64,000 nucleotides of DNA, from IMG/VR virus record IMGVR_UViG_3300049919_000118, positions 1,262-65,261 of that record; one strand, given 5' to 3'. The notes under the pieces were generated by a model. That model did no database searches and was not told where the DNA came from. It was given only the letters and a program-made list of their open reading frames with translations. The DNA is from a virus (Duplodnaviria > Caudoviricetes). Within the stretch, counting starts at the first letter, position 1. Every line of letters starts with the position of its first letter. The position numbers and the translations under genes are program-made. Positions 16,836-26,283 of this stretch are shown here, piece after piece.

Positions 16836-17480
16836 ATGAAAGCAGAAGACTCATACTTTATATGTGAGGTTGAAGTCTATCCAGTGATGGATGGAAGATT
16901 CATAATGTATCCTCACGTTATGAATAATCGCAAATACTACAAGGCTGGACCAATAGAAACTAGGTATGTAATACGCAGACCTCTAGGCATTGCTAATGAA
17001 CATGTGTATAAGAGCCAGATACAAACAACGTGCTGCATGTTCGAGTCTAAACTAGCGCCAACGAATAGATACATTAGGACCATAGATGCTTCATACTTTA
17101 AGTATTACGATGACGCTGAAGAGGTGTTAAATAATATTATTCTTTTCATACTATGGATAAAGGAGATAGCGGTGACGAGGAAGTGGGAAAAACAGTTCGT
17201 GAAGATAGCGAAAGAGAACGAATTCCTAGTGAGGGACACGGACGATTCTCCAGAGGAAGCATTGATTCGAGCATCTCAAATTGGATTGAAAGTAAAGAGG
17301 CGAAGCGAACAGGATCAAAGCGTAAACATCCTAGATATAAAGGACTGGCTAAAGTCAGCGGAAAGCAAAGAAAAAGAAATTCAGAATACACTGAAGCCAA
17401 AAGAAGTTTTCTCTCAAGAGAAGAAAACAGAGAGTGCTCCATCTGCAAAACTAGAGACGGGCTTTCTATTCACCATGTAG
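16836..17480 (+). CDS. Hypothetical protein (3' half overlaps the next gene)
   Basis: 214-aa ORF. Confidence 0.55.
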   Translation: MKAEDSYFICEVEVYPVMDGRFIMYPHVMNNRKYYKAGPIETRYVIRRPLGIANEHVYKSQIQTTCCMFESKLAPTNRYIRTIDASYFKYYDDAEEVLNNIILFILWIKEIAVTRKWEKQFVKIAKENEFLVRDTDDSPEEALIRASQIGLKVKRRSEQDQSVNILDIKDWLKSAESKEKEIQNTLKPKEVFSQEKKTESAPSAKLETGFLFTM

Positions 17481-17650
17481 GTAAAAGACTTGGCGAGATA
17501 GCCAATGAAGAATTATTCATGACCCTATGTATGACAAGTTCATACCTAGATAATAAGCACCCACACCTGAATCATTCCCATTCGGGTGGCTGTCATGGAT
17601 TTGTTGAAGGGAATAAACAATGGGCAAGAACAAATGGATACCTCAAATAA
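17153..17650 (+). CDS. HNH-like nuclease (start uncertain)
   Basis: CSIC..IHH..LC..GCH..WARTNGYL. Confidence 0.7.
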   Translation: MDKGDSGDEEVGKTVREDSERERIPSEGHGRFSRGSIDSSISNWIESKEAKRTGSKRKHPRYKGLAKVSGKQRKRNSEYTEAKRSFLSREENRECSICKTRDGLSIHHVGKRLGEIANEELFMTLCMTSSYLDNKHPHLNHSHSGGCHGFVEGNKQWARTNGYLK

Positions 17651-18173
17651 AATAAAAAAACACTTCAATAAAAACCCTGAAGACGTGAATGCCGTGATGA
17701 AGGCTTATCACGCCTATCACGTAGACCACTTCAGATCACACCGCAAAGCACACAATTTCCTATCATCATCAAGGATAAGTGAATGTGAATGGTGCGGAAG
17801 GACAAGGGAAGATGTGAGATGGGACACCCTTCCGCCGGAATGCCAGATGCGACCTGCTTACGCAGACATTCCAATAGGTGATGCGCTCACTGAAGAGGAA
17901 GCCAAGGCTCACGCTGTATATGATAGAGCAAAGGGCGATGTCCCAAGGCTTGTAAAGAAAATGGGCATGAGCGGCAACACGCTAGCCAAGCTTCATCACA
18001 CTCATGGCTATGATCCTGAAACTGTAAGCGGTATAGTGGATGTCCCTCAAGACGTCATGGAGGAATACCACTCCAGCATGGAGATCGAGCGCGATACATC
18101 ACGCAAGGCAATAGTTCGTGAAGTCGTAACCTGTGTATTTGACGAGACTGCAAAACAAGCTGAAGATAAATAA
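17634..18173 (+). CDS. Hypothetical protein with AlaRS-like C-terminal helical segment
   Basis: GNTLAKLHHTHGYDPE..MEEYHSSMEIERDTSR. Confidence 0.65.
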   Translation: MDTSNKIKKHFNKNPEDVNAVMKAYHAYHVDHFRSHRKAHNFLSSSRISECEWCGRTREDVRWDTLPPECQMRPAYADIPIGDALTEEEAKAHAVYDRAKGDVPRLVKKMGMSGNTLAKLHHTHGYDPETVSGIVDVPQDVMEEYHSSMEIERDTSRKAIVREVVTCVFDETAKQAEDK

Positions 18174-18193
18174 AATTATTTCTGACATGATCC
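18155..18193 (+). repeat. Direct repeat, copy 1 (copy 2 at 19328-19366)
   Basis: acaagctgaagataaataaaattatttc-nnnn-ATGatcc. Confidence 0.8.
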
Positions 18194-18393
18194 ACGTAAT
18201 ACCAATCAATGACAAAATAACCCACACCGCAGACTGTGAATGCTGCAATGCTTACCTTGATCCCGATGGATTCTGGATACACCATTCCGCCGATAAGCGG
18301 GAGCAATACGAGAGGCGGGGTGAAAAAGGAGAGCCGTGGCAACTATTTGCCGAAGACGATGCCACGGGATTACTCGTCCCCATTGATGGCTAA
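18187..18393 (+). CDS. Small phage protein (HVIPIND..H..CxC..HH motif)
   Basis: Ends ggcTAAc at the attC. Confidence 0.75.
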   Translation: MIHVIPINDKITHTADCECCNAYLDPDGFWIHHSADKREQYERRGEKGEPWQLFAEDDATGLLVPIDG

Positions 18394-18488
18394 CGTCAAA
18401 GAGCACCCAACCACATGAGCGAAAACCAAGCAAAAATTCAGAACGAAGCAACCCGCTCATGTGGGTTGGGTGGCTCGTCTTGTTCGCT
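18388..18488 (-). other. Intact attC site containing the MTase start
   Basis: gagcacccaaccacatgagcg / cgctcatgtgggttgggtggctc with 2 extrahelical bases; GTTcgct matches agcgAAC 19271-19277. Confidence 0.88.
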
Positions 18489-19260
18489 TTTGCGCGTCTT
18501 GGTGGCTTGTGAGTATTCAGGCACGGTGAGAGATGCTTTTGTCGCACTTGGGCATGATGCTATGAGCTGCGATATCCTGCCAACGGATAGCCCCGGCAAT
18601 CACTACCAAGGAGACGTTCGGGACGTAATGAATGATGGATGGGATATGATGATCTGCCATCCACCATGCACCTACCTGAGTGTGTCGGGTATCCACTGGA
18701 ACAATCGCGGGCGCGGATGGGGAGAAACCGAAAAAGCGCTAGACTTCGTGCGGCTGCTGATGGGCGCGAACATCCCGCGCATAGCGCTGGAAAACCCGGT
18801 ATCGATCATCTCCAGCAAGATCCGCAAACCGGATCAAATCATCCAGCCTCACCAATACGGCCATGACGCCAGCAAGGCTACATGCCTATGGCTCAAGAAT
18901 CTCCCAAAGCTCACAGCAACAGAATCAATCCAGCCCAGGATCGTGAATGGGAAGACCCGTTGGGCCAATCAGACGGACGGCGGGCAAAACAAACTCCCGC
19001 CCAGCAAAGACCGATGGAAACTCAGATCAACGACGTACAAAGGCATTGCGGAAGCCATGGCCAATCAGTGGAGCGCATACGCATTGTTGCAGCGTGCGAA
19101 CTCCCAGAGTGTGAATGCTGCGGGGAACCTTGGTGCCCTATTTGCTTGGAACACTATAGCGACTGCGAATGCGTCGGACCATGCAACGACGAAGATGAAG
19201 GATGGCAACTCGAAGAACGAGGCGGAATCCTCTACGGAATACGAGCTTGCACACCGATGA
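18415..19260 (+). CDS. Phage-type C5 DNA cytosine methyltransferase (cassette-borne)
   Basis: VLVACEYSG, SCD, HPPCT, ENP, KATCLWL and IAEAMANQW motifs. Confidence 0.88.
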   Translation: MSENQAKIQNEATRSCGLGGSSCSLLRVLVACEYSGTVRDAFVALGHDAMSCDILPTDSPGNHYQGDVRDVMNDGWDMMICHPPCTYLSVSGIHWNNRGRGWGETEKALDFVRLLMGANIPRIALENPVSIISSKIRKPDQIIQPHQYGHDASKATCLWLKNLPKLTATESIQPRIVNGKTRWANQTDGGQNKLPPSKDRWKLRSTTYKGIAEAMANQWSAYALLQRANSQSVNAAGNLGALFAWNTIATANASDHATTKMKDGNSKNEAESSTEYELAHR

Positions 19261-19298
19261 ACCAACTCGAAGCGAACAGCGGAGTTAGTATCTCTTAA
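19068..19298 (+). CDS. Cys-rich small protein overlapping the MTase tail
   Basis: GTG start; CECCGEPWCPICLEHYSDCECVGP. Confidence 0.6.
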   Translation: MERIRIVAACELPECECCGEPWCPICLEHYSDCECVGPCNDEDEGWQLEERGGILYGIRACTPMNQLEANSGVSIS

Positions 19299-19359
19299 AT
19301 TAAAATAACAAAAAATGAACCTACTAGACAAGCTGAAGATAAATAAAATTATTTCCGGT

Positions 19360-19764
19360 ATGATCCTGATCGAGGTCAATGAGAATCAAGGGGTCGAGGA
19401 TATGATGCACTCAATGGGAGACCAAGACGCAATCATATACACTCCGACTGAAGTTGAATTCGGGAGATTGGATAAATACTTTTGCAATCTGCAAAACAAA
19501 GTTGCCATTGATTGCGGGTCAATCAAAACAGCAATGAGAATCATGGGCGAAATCAAACATACGCCAGACTTTCACATCATCAATCGAATAGATATGATGG
19601 ACATTGACTTGCCAAAGAGAAAGAGGGGAACTAAGATAATCGCCTCCTTAGCAAGAATGATGTCAGAGAAAATTCTGAGAGGCTCATGCCTCATAGTTAT
19701 AAGCGGTAGGTCTGAATACCGTATCAGAGAAATGGCAGACAAAATTATAGACGCAAAAATATGA
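19360..19764 (+). CDS. Hypothetical protein
   Basis: ATG inside direct repeat copy 2. Confidence 0.7.
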   Translation: MILIEVNENQGVEDMMHSMGDQDAIIYTPTEVEFGRLDKYFCNLQNKVAIDCGSIKTAMRIMGEIKHTPDFHIINRIDMMDIDLPKRKRGTKIIASLARMMSEKILRGSCLIVISGRSEYRIREMADKIIDAKI

Positions 19765-20744
19765 GCATTAGTAAACCACAAGAGCAAAGAAAAAAGAACC
19801 CAGCGGTTAAATTCATCACATGGAAATCGGGAATGGACCAGGGCTATGCCGTATATTTCGACAAGGATTCTAAAGAAAATATCAAGGTTGACATGAGTGA
19901 GTTCGCCGTCCTTGACCAAGATCTATTCTGCCTGTCAGGGTATGACGAGGCGAACAAAAGAAACCTGAAATCAAATGAAGTCAGAGGCAATAATGACTTA
20001 CTTACAGTTAGGTGGCATAAGGATGGCAAATCGTATACACATCTATCTGGAACATACAATGAGCTAAAGGAACAGGTTCTATCAAGCCGCGAACTCTCAA
20101 GGGCGAAGTGCATGTATATCCTGCTAGATGGGGAAGTCTGTCGCTTGTCCATATCTGGCTCTACATACGCCGCTTGGATCAATCACATCGAAAAGGCGAA
20201 GCACGCAGACAATGGATGGGTTGGCATCACTGGGACTGAGGCAGGCAAGAAGGGTGCCGTTCATTGGTTGGCTCCGGTGTTCTCCCCTGTGAGGAGGTTC
20301 CTCCAGACAGACCTTGATATGCTAGTCAAGGTTGACGCTGAAATAATTCAGCCATATCTTGATTCGTATTTAAAGAGCAAGGCGGATGGCGCAGAGGATC
20401 ATTCGGATGATGAGCATGTCAGCACTGACAACTGGCAAAGCTTTAAGTCTGGCTCAACTCAGCTTGGTCTCCTTAGCGTTAAGGAGATCAACGAGCTGGC
20501 TTCATCCCTAATCAATGATGGGATGGTAGAGTCCGCTGAGTATGCAAACGTGTCAGCCGCAATGACGGAATACCAGAAGGCTGAATTAACATGGGCGGAC
20601 AAGACTGATAAGGCTGGACGAAAGATCTCCGACTACTCAGGGGTTGAGCTGAATCACATCCTATCAAAGATTCCGATCGACAGCCCAACGAGGATTCTAG
20701 TCAATGTCGCATTGAACAATCTTGATGACGAGATCCCATTCTAA
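19761..20744 (+). CDS. Putative ssDNA-binding protein
   Basis: Acidic C-terminal DDEIPF tip; replication-gene context. Confidence 0.55.
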   Translation: MSISKPQEQRKKNPAVKFITWKSGMDQGYAVYFDKDSKENIKVDMSEFAVLDQDLFCLSGYDEANKRNLKSNEVRGNNDLLTVRWHKDGKSYTHLSGTYNELKEQVLSSRELSRAKCMYILLDGEVCRLSISGSTYAAWINHIEKAKHADNGWVGITGTEAGKKGAVHWLAPVFSPVRRFLQTDLDMLVKVDAEIIQPYLDSYLKSKADGAEDHSDDEHVSTDNWQSFKSGSTQLGLLSVKEINELASSLINDGMVESAEYANVSAAMTEYQKAELTWADKTDKAGRKISDYSGVELNHILSKIPIDSPTRILVNVALNNLDDEIPF

Positions 20745-20839
20745 ATAAAATTATTTGTTGACTCTCGCCCACTAACGGGCAAGCTGCTTGCAGGGTTCGG
20801 GCAGCATAAAGAAGTGAACCCTACCTAAAAATTAAATAT

Positions 20840-22201
20840 ATGAATAAAATTACTATCGAAAACGAAGCAGGCGAAACAGCAACCTTGACCATCAAGGAGT
20901 ATTACACACACCTAGTTAAGGAGTGTAACATCGAAGACTTTGAAGCTGAAGAGAATCAGGTCGTCCCGGCTATTAAGGTGGCAAAGCATATTGTCTCAGC
21001 GATTATTGAAGGTCGTGATATTGACGCTGCAATCAAGTCCGCTTACGTTGACGCTTGCGTGACAGCTGAAGAAGACATCGCATCATCCAAGGATGATAGC
21101 GAGATTAAAGCCGCTGAAGCAAAGGAGGCTAAAAAAGCCAAAGAAAAAGAAAAGGATGATAAGGATGCTGCCGACGATGCAAAACGAAAGCTGGCAATCG
21201 CAACCAGAGATGAATTCGTCGCAAGCGTGGCATCTGGAGCGAGTGAGGCAACGTCATCCTTTGCCGAAGAACTCAAAGAGCTTGCTCTCGATCTACCAGA
21301 TGGAGTGTCGTTATCACAAGACGGCTCAGGGTTTGGTCTGAAGTTTGCTGACGGCTCATCCAAGGAAGTTGTGGGAAAAGCTCTTGGTTATCTCATCCAA
21401 AAAGAAATGAACTCGTCGTTCATTGGCAATCAGATATCATTTTGGATCGGGGATACCATCTCAAATGCAGTCGAGCGCGGTATCTATGGCACGGCGAAGG
21501 AAGCCTCGGAGCACATCTCTTCCGTCTTGTCTGAAAGCCTTGGTCGAAACATTGAAGCTAGTTCCCTCCCGCAATATCAACGCATGGCAGAGCGCACCCC
21601 GATTGCATTGCGCAATCCAAAGGCAGACCCAACTGCTTACCTCGCCATCTCTTCAATGGCCATGCCGAAAAAGGCTAGCAATGAAACCGATGATGGGTTC
21701 AAGGCTCGGACTGAAGAGTTCATTAAGGACCGCACAGAGATCCAAGCCAAGCTTGGTAATGGTGAAGTCTCTAAGCGTAAGGATGTGCTTCCGCTTGTTG
21801 ACTCGGCGCTAATCAAGCACGGCTTACGCCAAGCTCCATCCACCGAAGTGACGGTTAGTCTAACGGAAAACCTGAAAAGTTTCTTCCATGCCAGCTTTGG
21901 ATTGGATGATCTTCTCAACGTCCACTCTGAGGGTATCGCGCAGTATGGGCACGGCGGCCAAGTTTACAGCTTAACCAAGGATCAACTTGAAACAATTCGT
22001 GATGAGGCATTCGACAATCTTGTTCTTACTTACTACTCTGACAAAGCCAGAGGAATCAAACCTGAAGATTACATCCGTGGGTTTACGAACAAGACAACCA
22101 AGGTGGAATCCAAAGACGATGACGGCAAGGTGACGAGCAAGGATGCAGTAACGAAAGCTAAAGTTTACCCAAAAGCATTCTTCACTCCTGAAGTCGCGTA
22201 A
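20840..22201 (+). CDS. Hypothetical protein (453 aa)
   Basis: Long ORF with a charged coiled-coil segment. Confidence 0.85.
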   Translation: MNKITIENEAGETATLTIKEYYTHLVKECNIEDFEAEENQVVPAIKVAKHIVSAIIEGRDIDAAIKSAYVDACVTAEEDIASSKDDSEIKAAEAKEAKKAKEKEKDDKDAADDAKRKLAIATRDEFVASVASGASEATSSFAEELKELALDLPDGVSLSQDGSGFGLKFADGSSKEVVGKALGYLIQKEMNSSFIGNQISFWIGDTISNAVERGIYGTAKEASEHISSVLSESLGRNIEASSLPQYQRMAERTPIALRNPKADPTAYLAISSMAMPKKASNETDDGFKARTEEFIKDRTEIQAKLGNGEVSKRKDVLPLVDSALIKHGLRQAPSTEVTVSLTENLKSFFHASFGLDDLLNVHSEGIAQYGHGGQVYSLTKDQLETIRDEAFDNLVLTYYSDKARGIKPEDYIRGFTNKTTKVESKDDDGKVTSKDAVTKAKVYPKAFFTPEVA

Positions 22202-22269
22202 GCAATAGGCTAGGCAGCTTGTGGTTGAGGGTGGGTGAGAAATTGCCCGCCCTCTTACTTTTCATACCA

Positions 22270-22725
22270 ATGAACACATGTATAAAATGCGGCGTATCAT
22301 ACGAATATAATTCATCATGCCCTAAAGGGTGCGATTCATTTCACTGCACATCTTGCAGAAAGAAGAACAGCGATCGAAACAAAAAAATAAAATTATTTAA
22401 TATAGCGGGAAATGGAGTTGCAGCATGTAGAAAATGTGGGTATCGTAAGTGTGTCGATGCTCTTAATCTTATTGATGGGGTTACTAGTATTATTAGTAAT
22501 CCAACGAAAGAGCAAAAAGAAAAGATTGCGGAGAAGCAATTCATGCTCTGCAATAATTGTAACTCAGAAGCGAAAGCCAATGAGTTTGAATATAGGGTCA
22601 CGAACTCTAGTTGTTACCCGATCGAGGTAAAGTTCTACGAGGTAAAAGTCGTGATACAGAAAAGCGAAATGGAAGTTGAATACAACTACGGACCAGATTT
22701 AATTATACCAGAAATTGTCAATTAG
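22270..22725 (+). CDS. Zn-binding, degenerate HNH-like protein
   Basis: CIKC, CTSC, CRKCGY and LCNNC motifs. Confidence 0.7.
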   Translation: MNTCIKCGVSYEYNSSCPKGCDSFHCTSCRKKNSDRNKKIKLFNIAGNGVAACRKCGYRKCVDALNLIDGVTSIISNPTKEQKEKIAEKQFMLCNNCNSEAKANEFEYRVTNSSCYPIEVKFYEVKVVIQKSEMEVEYNYGPDLIIPEIVN

Positions 22726-22807
22726 TAAAAACTGGAATGAAATAATCCTCTGTAAGAAATAGAATCCATGAGCAAGAAAAAGGAAGGTAACGAGAATAAA
22801 TAGCATT

Positions 22808-23035
22808 ATGACAAGACAGGAACTTATAGAAACCCTAACCGGAAATCTAAATCACGAGAAAACAAACACTCACGAAGTTGGCCTGAAGGCTAGGTTCAAA
22901 GATGCGCACTTAAACACGGTTCGGTTCGTGATGCAATCCATCAAGTCGATTGACTTTGACGGATGGGAATTCAGTGGAATTAGAAAGATAAATAAGAACC
23001 AAGACGATGATGTCTTAATCTTCAAAAGAAAATAA
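22808..23035 (+). CDS. Hypothetical protein
   Basis: 75-aa ORF. Confidence 0.65.
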   Translation: MTRQELIETLTGNLNHEKTNTHEVGLKARFKDAHLNTVRFVMQSIKSIDFDGWEFSGIRKINKNQDDDVLIFKRK

Positions 23036-23036
23036 T

Positions 23037-23891
23037 ATGAGCAGAAGAGATAGTAATATAAAATCAAAAGTCATACTTGATTCGGTTAATAGGCACAACA
23101 ATAGACTGACGACAATGGTTGTGACTATGCCGAAGATCATTCTAGCTGAGTTTAATACTCACAGAATGTTCTCACGGAACACCTCTAGTAGCAGGGCCAT
23201 GCCAACCAAAAAGGTTAGGGATAGCGTCGTGAATAATACATTCATCCCGTCATCAATAGGAGCGAACTGCAAGGGAATGCAAAGCAATGTTGATCTCAAT
23301 GAAGATATGAGGCTTCGCTTCCTTGACAACTGGATGCTCGCAGCAAATACCATGGCGTCAATTCACGAAGTCATGGAGAAGATCGGGGCGCACAAGCAGG
23401 TATGTAACAGAATCCTTGAGCCTTGGATGTATTGCACAGTCATTGTTACGGCTACTCATTGGGCGAACTTCTTTGCCCAAAGATGCCATAAGGATGCAGA
23501 TCCATCAATGATGGCAACAGCATTCAAAATGCTGAAGGCTTACGTCGAATCAACACCCGTAAGAAGAAGCGCTCACATCCCATTCATTGAGTCAATACCT
23601 TCATGGATGCCGGGAGAGGATAAGATTAAAGTGTCAGTAGCAAGGTGTGCTAGAGTGTCATACACGAAGCATGATTATGAGCATGATATAGACGGTGATA
23701 TTGAGCTGTATGATAAGCTCATAGCAAATAAGCACATGAGTCCATGCGAGCACGTAGCGAAAGAATTCATCAATGATGTATTCATTGGTAACTTCAGGGG
23801 GTGGGTTCAACATCGAAAGACTATTGATGGTGAGTGCATAAATAATATTAACTACGAAGAACTACTAGATTCAAAACCAGAATGGGTGTGA
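23037..23891 (+). CDS. thyX: FAD-dependent thymidylate synthase
   Basis: AEFNTHRMFSRNTSSSRA, NRILEP, ARCARVSY and HMSPCEH motifs. Confidence 0.9.
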   Translation: MSRRDSNIKSKVILDSVNRHNNRLTTMVVTMPKIILAEFNTHRMFSRNTSSSRAMPTKKVRDSVVNNTFIPSSIGANCKGMQSNVDLNEDMRLRFLDNWMLAANTMASIHEVMEKIGAHKQVCNRILEPWMYCTVIVTATHWANFFAQRCHKDADPSMMATAFKMLKAYVESTPVRRSAHIPFIESIPSWMPGEDKIKVSVARCARVSYTKHDYEHDIDGDIELYDKLIANKHMSPCEHVAKEFINDVFIGNFRGWVQHRKTIDGECINNINYEELLDSKPEWV

Positions 23892-24238
23892 TGTCTTACA
23901 GTAAGTGCTTCAGTATAGGGGTTCTTGCTAGTAACGAATTGAAAATCCCCTGGGAATCTTTCGCTGAAAGCGATGAATGGATCTCCTTCTCATCAACGCT
24001 AAACGAAATCCAAATCCACTACCTCAAGAGGGGCTACACGGGACTTGAGTTCAAGCACGAAAAGTGTGAAAGCGAAGATGTAATTATGCCATTCGGCAAG
24101 AAGCGTGGGCAGTTAATGTCCACGCTTCCAATAAAATATCTTGAGTATCTAAACTCGCAAGAGTGGATACATGAGTGGCCATGCGTTTACTCATGGCTAG
24201 CTAGAAACAAAATACAAAACCAAACAGACGGAAGTTAA
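23891..24238 (+). CDS. MPFGK-motif (DUF3820-like) protein
   Basis: MPFGKKRGQLMSTLPIKYLEYL. Confidence 0.7.
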   Translation: MSYSKCFSIGVLASNELKIPWESFAESDEWISFSSTLNEIQIHYLKRGYTGLEFKHEKCESEDVIMPFGKKRGQLMSTLPIKYLEYLNSQEWIHEWPCVYSWLARNKIQNQTDGS

Positions 24239-24242
24239 AATT

Positions 24243-24458
24243 ATGCACAATAATTCTTACGAGGAGGGGTGCCATGCACCCGCCCCCCTTCAGAGGGTTG
24301 AGCTATGCAGCAATGGGCATGGATGGCTAAACATTGATGGATCATGCGCCGCATGTCTTAATATAGAGGCTATGGATAGCGAGTCAAATAATCGGCCTGA
24401 AGATGGCCGAGTGTGCAACTGTGAGGACGCCCCATGTTGCGGGCATTATCAAATCTAA
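24243..24458 (+). CDS. Small Cys-rich protein
   Basis: CEDAPCCG motif. Confidence 0.65.
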   Translation: MHNNSYEEGCHAPAPLQRVELCSNGHGWLNIDGSCAACLNIEAMDSESNNRPEDGRVCNCEDAPCCGHYQI

Positions 24459-24475
24459 AGCTAATAAATAAAATT

Positions 24476-25243
24476 ATGTCAGAAGAATTCAAACAAGATA
24501 ACGGGATCTTTATCCCGCACTTATCACCATCAACAGTTAATAGCTTTATCACAAGCAGGCACCAGTTCTACCGAAGCAAAGTCGGAAGAGCGCCGTTCTC
24601 TGGAAATCAATTCACAGCAAGGGGAACAGCCGTTGAGCACGGAGTGAACACTTGGATTGATAGCTGTGAAAATCCACTCGATGCAGCACTTAGAAAGTTC
24701 GATGATGAAATAGAAAAAAGCAGTGTAACCAAGCTTAACGCTGAAGATGCAAGATCATCAATAAAAGGATTGCTTGAAGTTGCCCTTGGATTCTATAAAG
24801 GCGAGTTCTCTTCTCGACCAGCCAAGACACAGCAGAAGATGGAAATCCAAATCCCAGGAGTTCAGAGAACCATCGTCGGATATTATGACTACCTGCAAGA
24901 GAAGGCAGTGAGAGACTGCAAAGTCGTCGGAAAGACGCCATCAGGACTAAGCCAGTCATACGTAATTCAAGGCGCTGTATATGCACACGCGACAAACCTC
25001 CCGGTTCACTTTGACTTCTTCATCCCAAACCAAAAGCCGATACACAAGCAAATAACCCTGTCAGAATCTCAGTATAAGTTTGGGATGTCTTACTTCACAA
25101 GGGCATGTGAAGTAATCGAAGAGCTTCAGGAGTGCGACCAACCGAAGCAAATGCTGAAGCTTATGTCATTCCCTGATCTAAGCTCAATGTATTCATTCAA
25201 CGAAAAGCTTGATGCCGCAAAGCTTTGGGGAATCAATTTATGA
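24476..25243 (+). CDS. PD-(D/E)XK exonuclease (RecB/Cas4-like)
   Basis: HLSPS, RGTAVEH, GYYD..DCK and Q..Y motifs. Confidence 0.8.
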   Translation: MSEEFKQDNGIFIPHLSPSTVNSFITSRHQFYRSKVGRAPFSGNQFTARGTAVEHGVNTWIDSCENPLDAALRKFDDEIEKSSVTKLNAEDARSSIKGLLEVALGFYKGEFSSRPAKTQQKMEIQIPGVQRTIVGYYDYLQEKAVRDCKVVGKTPSGLSQSYVIQGAVYAHATNLPVHFDFFIPNQKPIHKQITLSESQYKFGMSYFTRACEVIEELQECDQPKQMLKLMSFPDLSSMYSFNEKLDAAKLWGINL

Positions 25244-25443
25244 AAACTCATTCAAGTAAAGAGCTATACGAGGTTAGTTTTGACTACCAAATGGATGACG
25301 GGTATTGGTCATGCGGAAATAAAGAACTCGTATCGGTTCAAGTGATGAATAGCGATGATGAGAAAAACAATCATTCAGAAGCGGCGTCAATCATAAGTAA
25401 TAGGTATGAAAATTGCGAGATAACAAAAGTTGAATACTGCTAA
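25240..25443 (+). CDS. Hypothetical protein
   Basis: ATGA-coupled ORF. Confidence 0.6.
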   Translation: MKTHSSKELYEVSFDYQMDDGYWSCGNKELVSVQVMNSDDEKNNHSEAASIISNRYENCEITKVEYC

Positions 25444-25455
25444 CTCACTCACCTA

Positions 25456-26283
25456 ATGAAACACTCAAGGCTCTTAATAGACTCCACCTTCGATGATATT
25501 TTTGAGTCTTGGCCAAACCAAACTGGCGAGGCTCAGTCAAAGAAAGCCTTCATCGTGGCGCTGAACAATGGCGCTGATCTCAATGAAATAAAGAAAGCGT
25601 CTGAAGTATACCTTCTGGATAATATAGGCACTGATCCAGAGTTTATAAAAAACTTTGGCAACTTTATCAGGGAAGATGTATGGAAAGATTATCTTTCCCT
25701 TGGTGATAAGATGCTAAAGAAAAAGTCGGCATCAATAGATGTAATCAATGCTTGGAACGGTGCTTGTAAATCGCACTGGGTCAAGTCTTCAGACGTTGAA
25801 GCCGCCCTTCCAATAGCGATGAAAGCTATGGGTGATAAGTCATTCAGGAGCAACTGGCTGAACGCGCTAGGCAAAGCTCAACTCATATTCAAGTATGAGT
25901 TGAGTAGCTCTGACATGAAGTCAAAAATAATATTATCTTTACGGTGGTTCTGCAACACCTCTCCCGGCAAGCACACCGTAATGAAGATAGAAGATGGTGA
26001 ATACGGTAAGGCCGTAAGGGAAAGAACATTCTCATCCAAGGTGGAAAAGATTGAGCCAATCAATACAGAGGCAAGGGGAGAGGCAGCTAATGCGTTCAAG
26101 CAAATGATAAATGAATCTCTGCCTGATATTAAATTCAGGAAGAGGCGAGAAGCAAAAACAACAAGTAAACCAAATGAAGAAATCAAGCAAATTGCCAACA
26201 AGATCCTTGACCAGTTCGGAGCTGGGATTCAGGCAGATGGCAAATCAAATGAAGAAGAAGATAATGGAGAATGGTTCAGTTAA
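25456..26283 (+). CDS. Putative replication initiator / replisome-organiser-like protein
   Basis: FDDIFESWP..KKAF..FIKNFGNFIREDVWKD resembles phage replication protein domains. Confidence 0.5.
   Translation: MKHSRLLIDSTFDDIFESWPNQTGEAQSKKAFIVALNNGADLNEIKKASEVYLLDNIGTDPEFIKNFGNFIREDVWKDYLSLGDKMLKKKSASIDVINAWNGACKSHWVKSSDVEAALPIAMKAMGDKSFRSNWLNALGKAQLIFKYELSSSDMKSKIILSLRWFCNTSPGKHTVMKIEDGEYGKAVRERTFSSKVEKIEPINTEARGEAANAFKQMINESLPDIKFRKRREAKTTSKPNEEIKQIANKILDQFGAGIQADGKSNEEEDNGEWFS

Noticed and set aside
19360-19764. DnaB/RecA-like ATPase
   Set aside because: Only a faint PDFHIINRID resemblance; no Walker A motif
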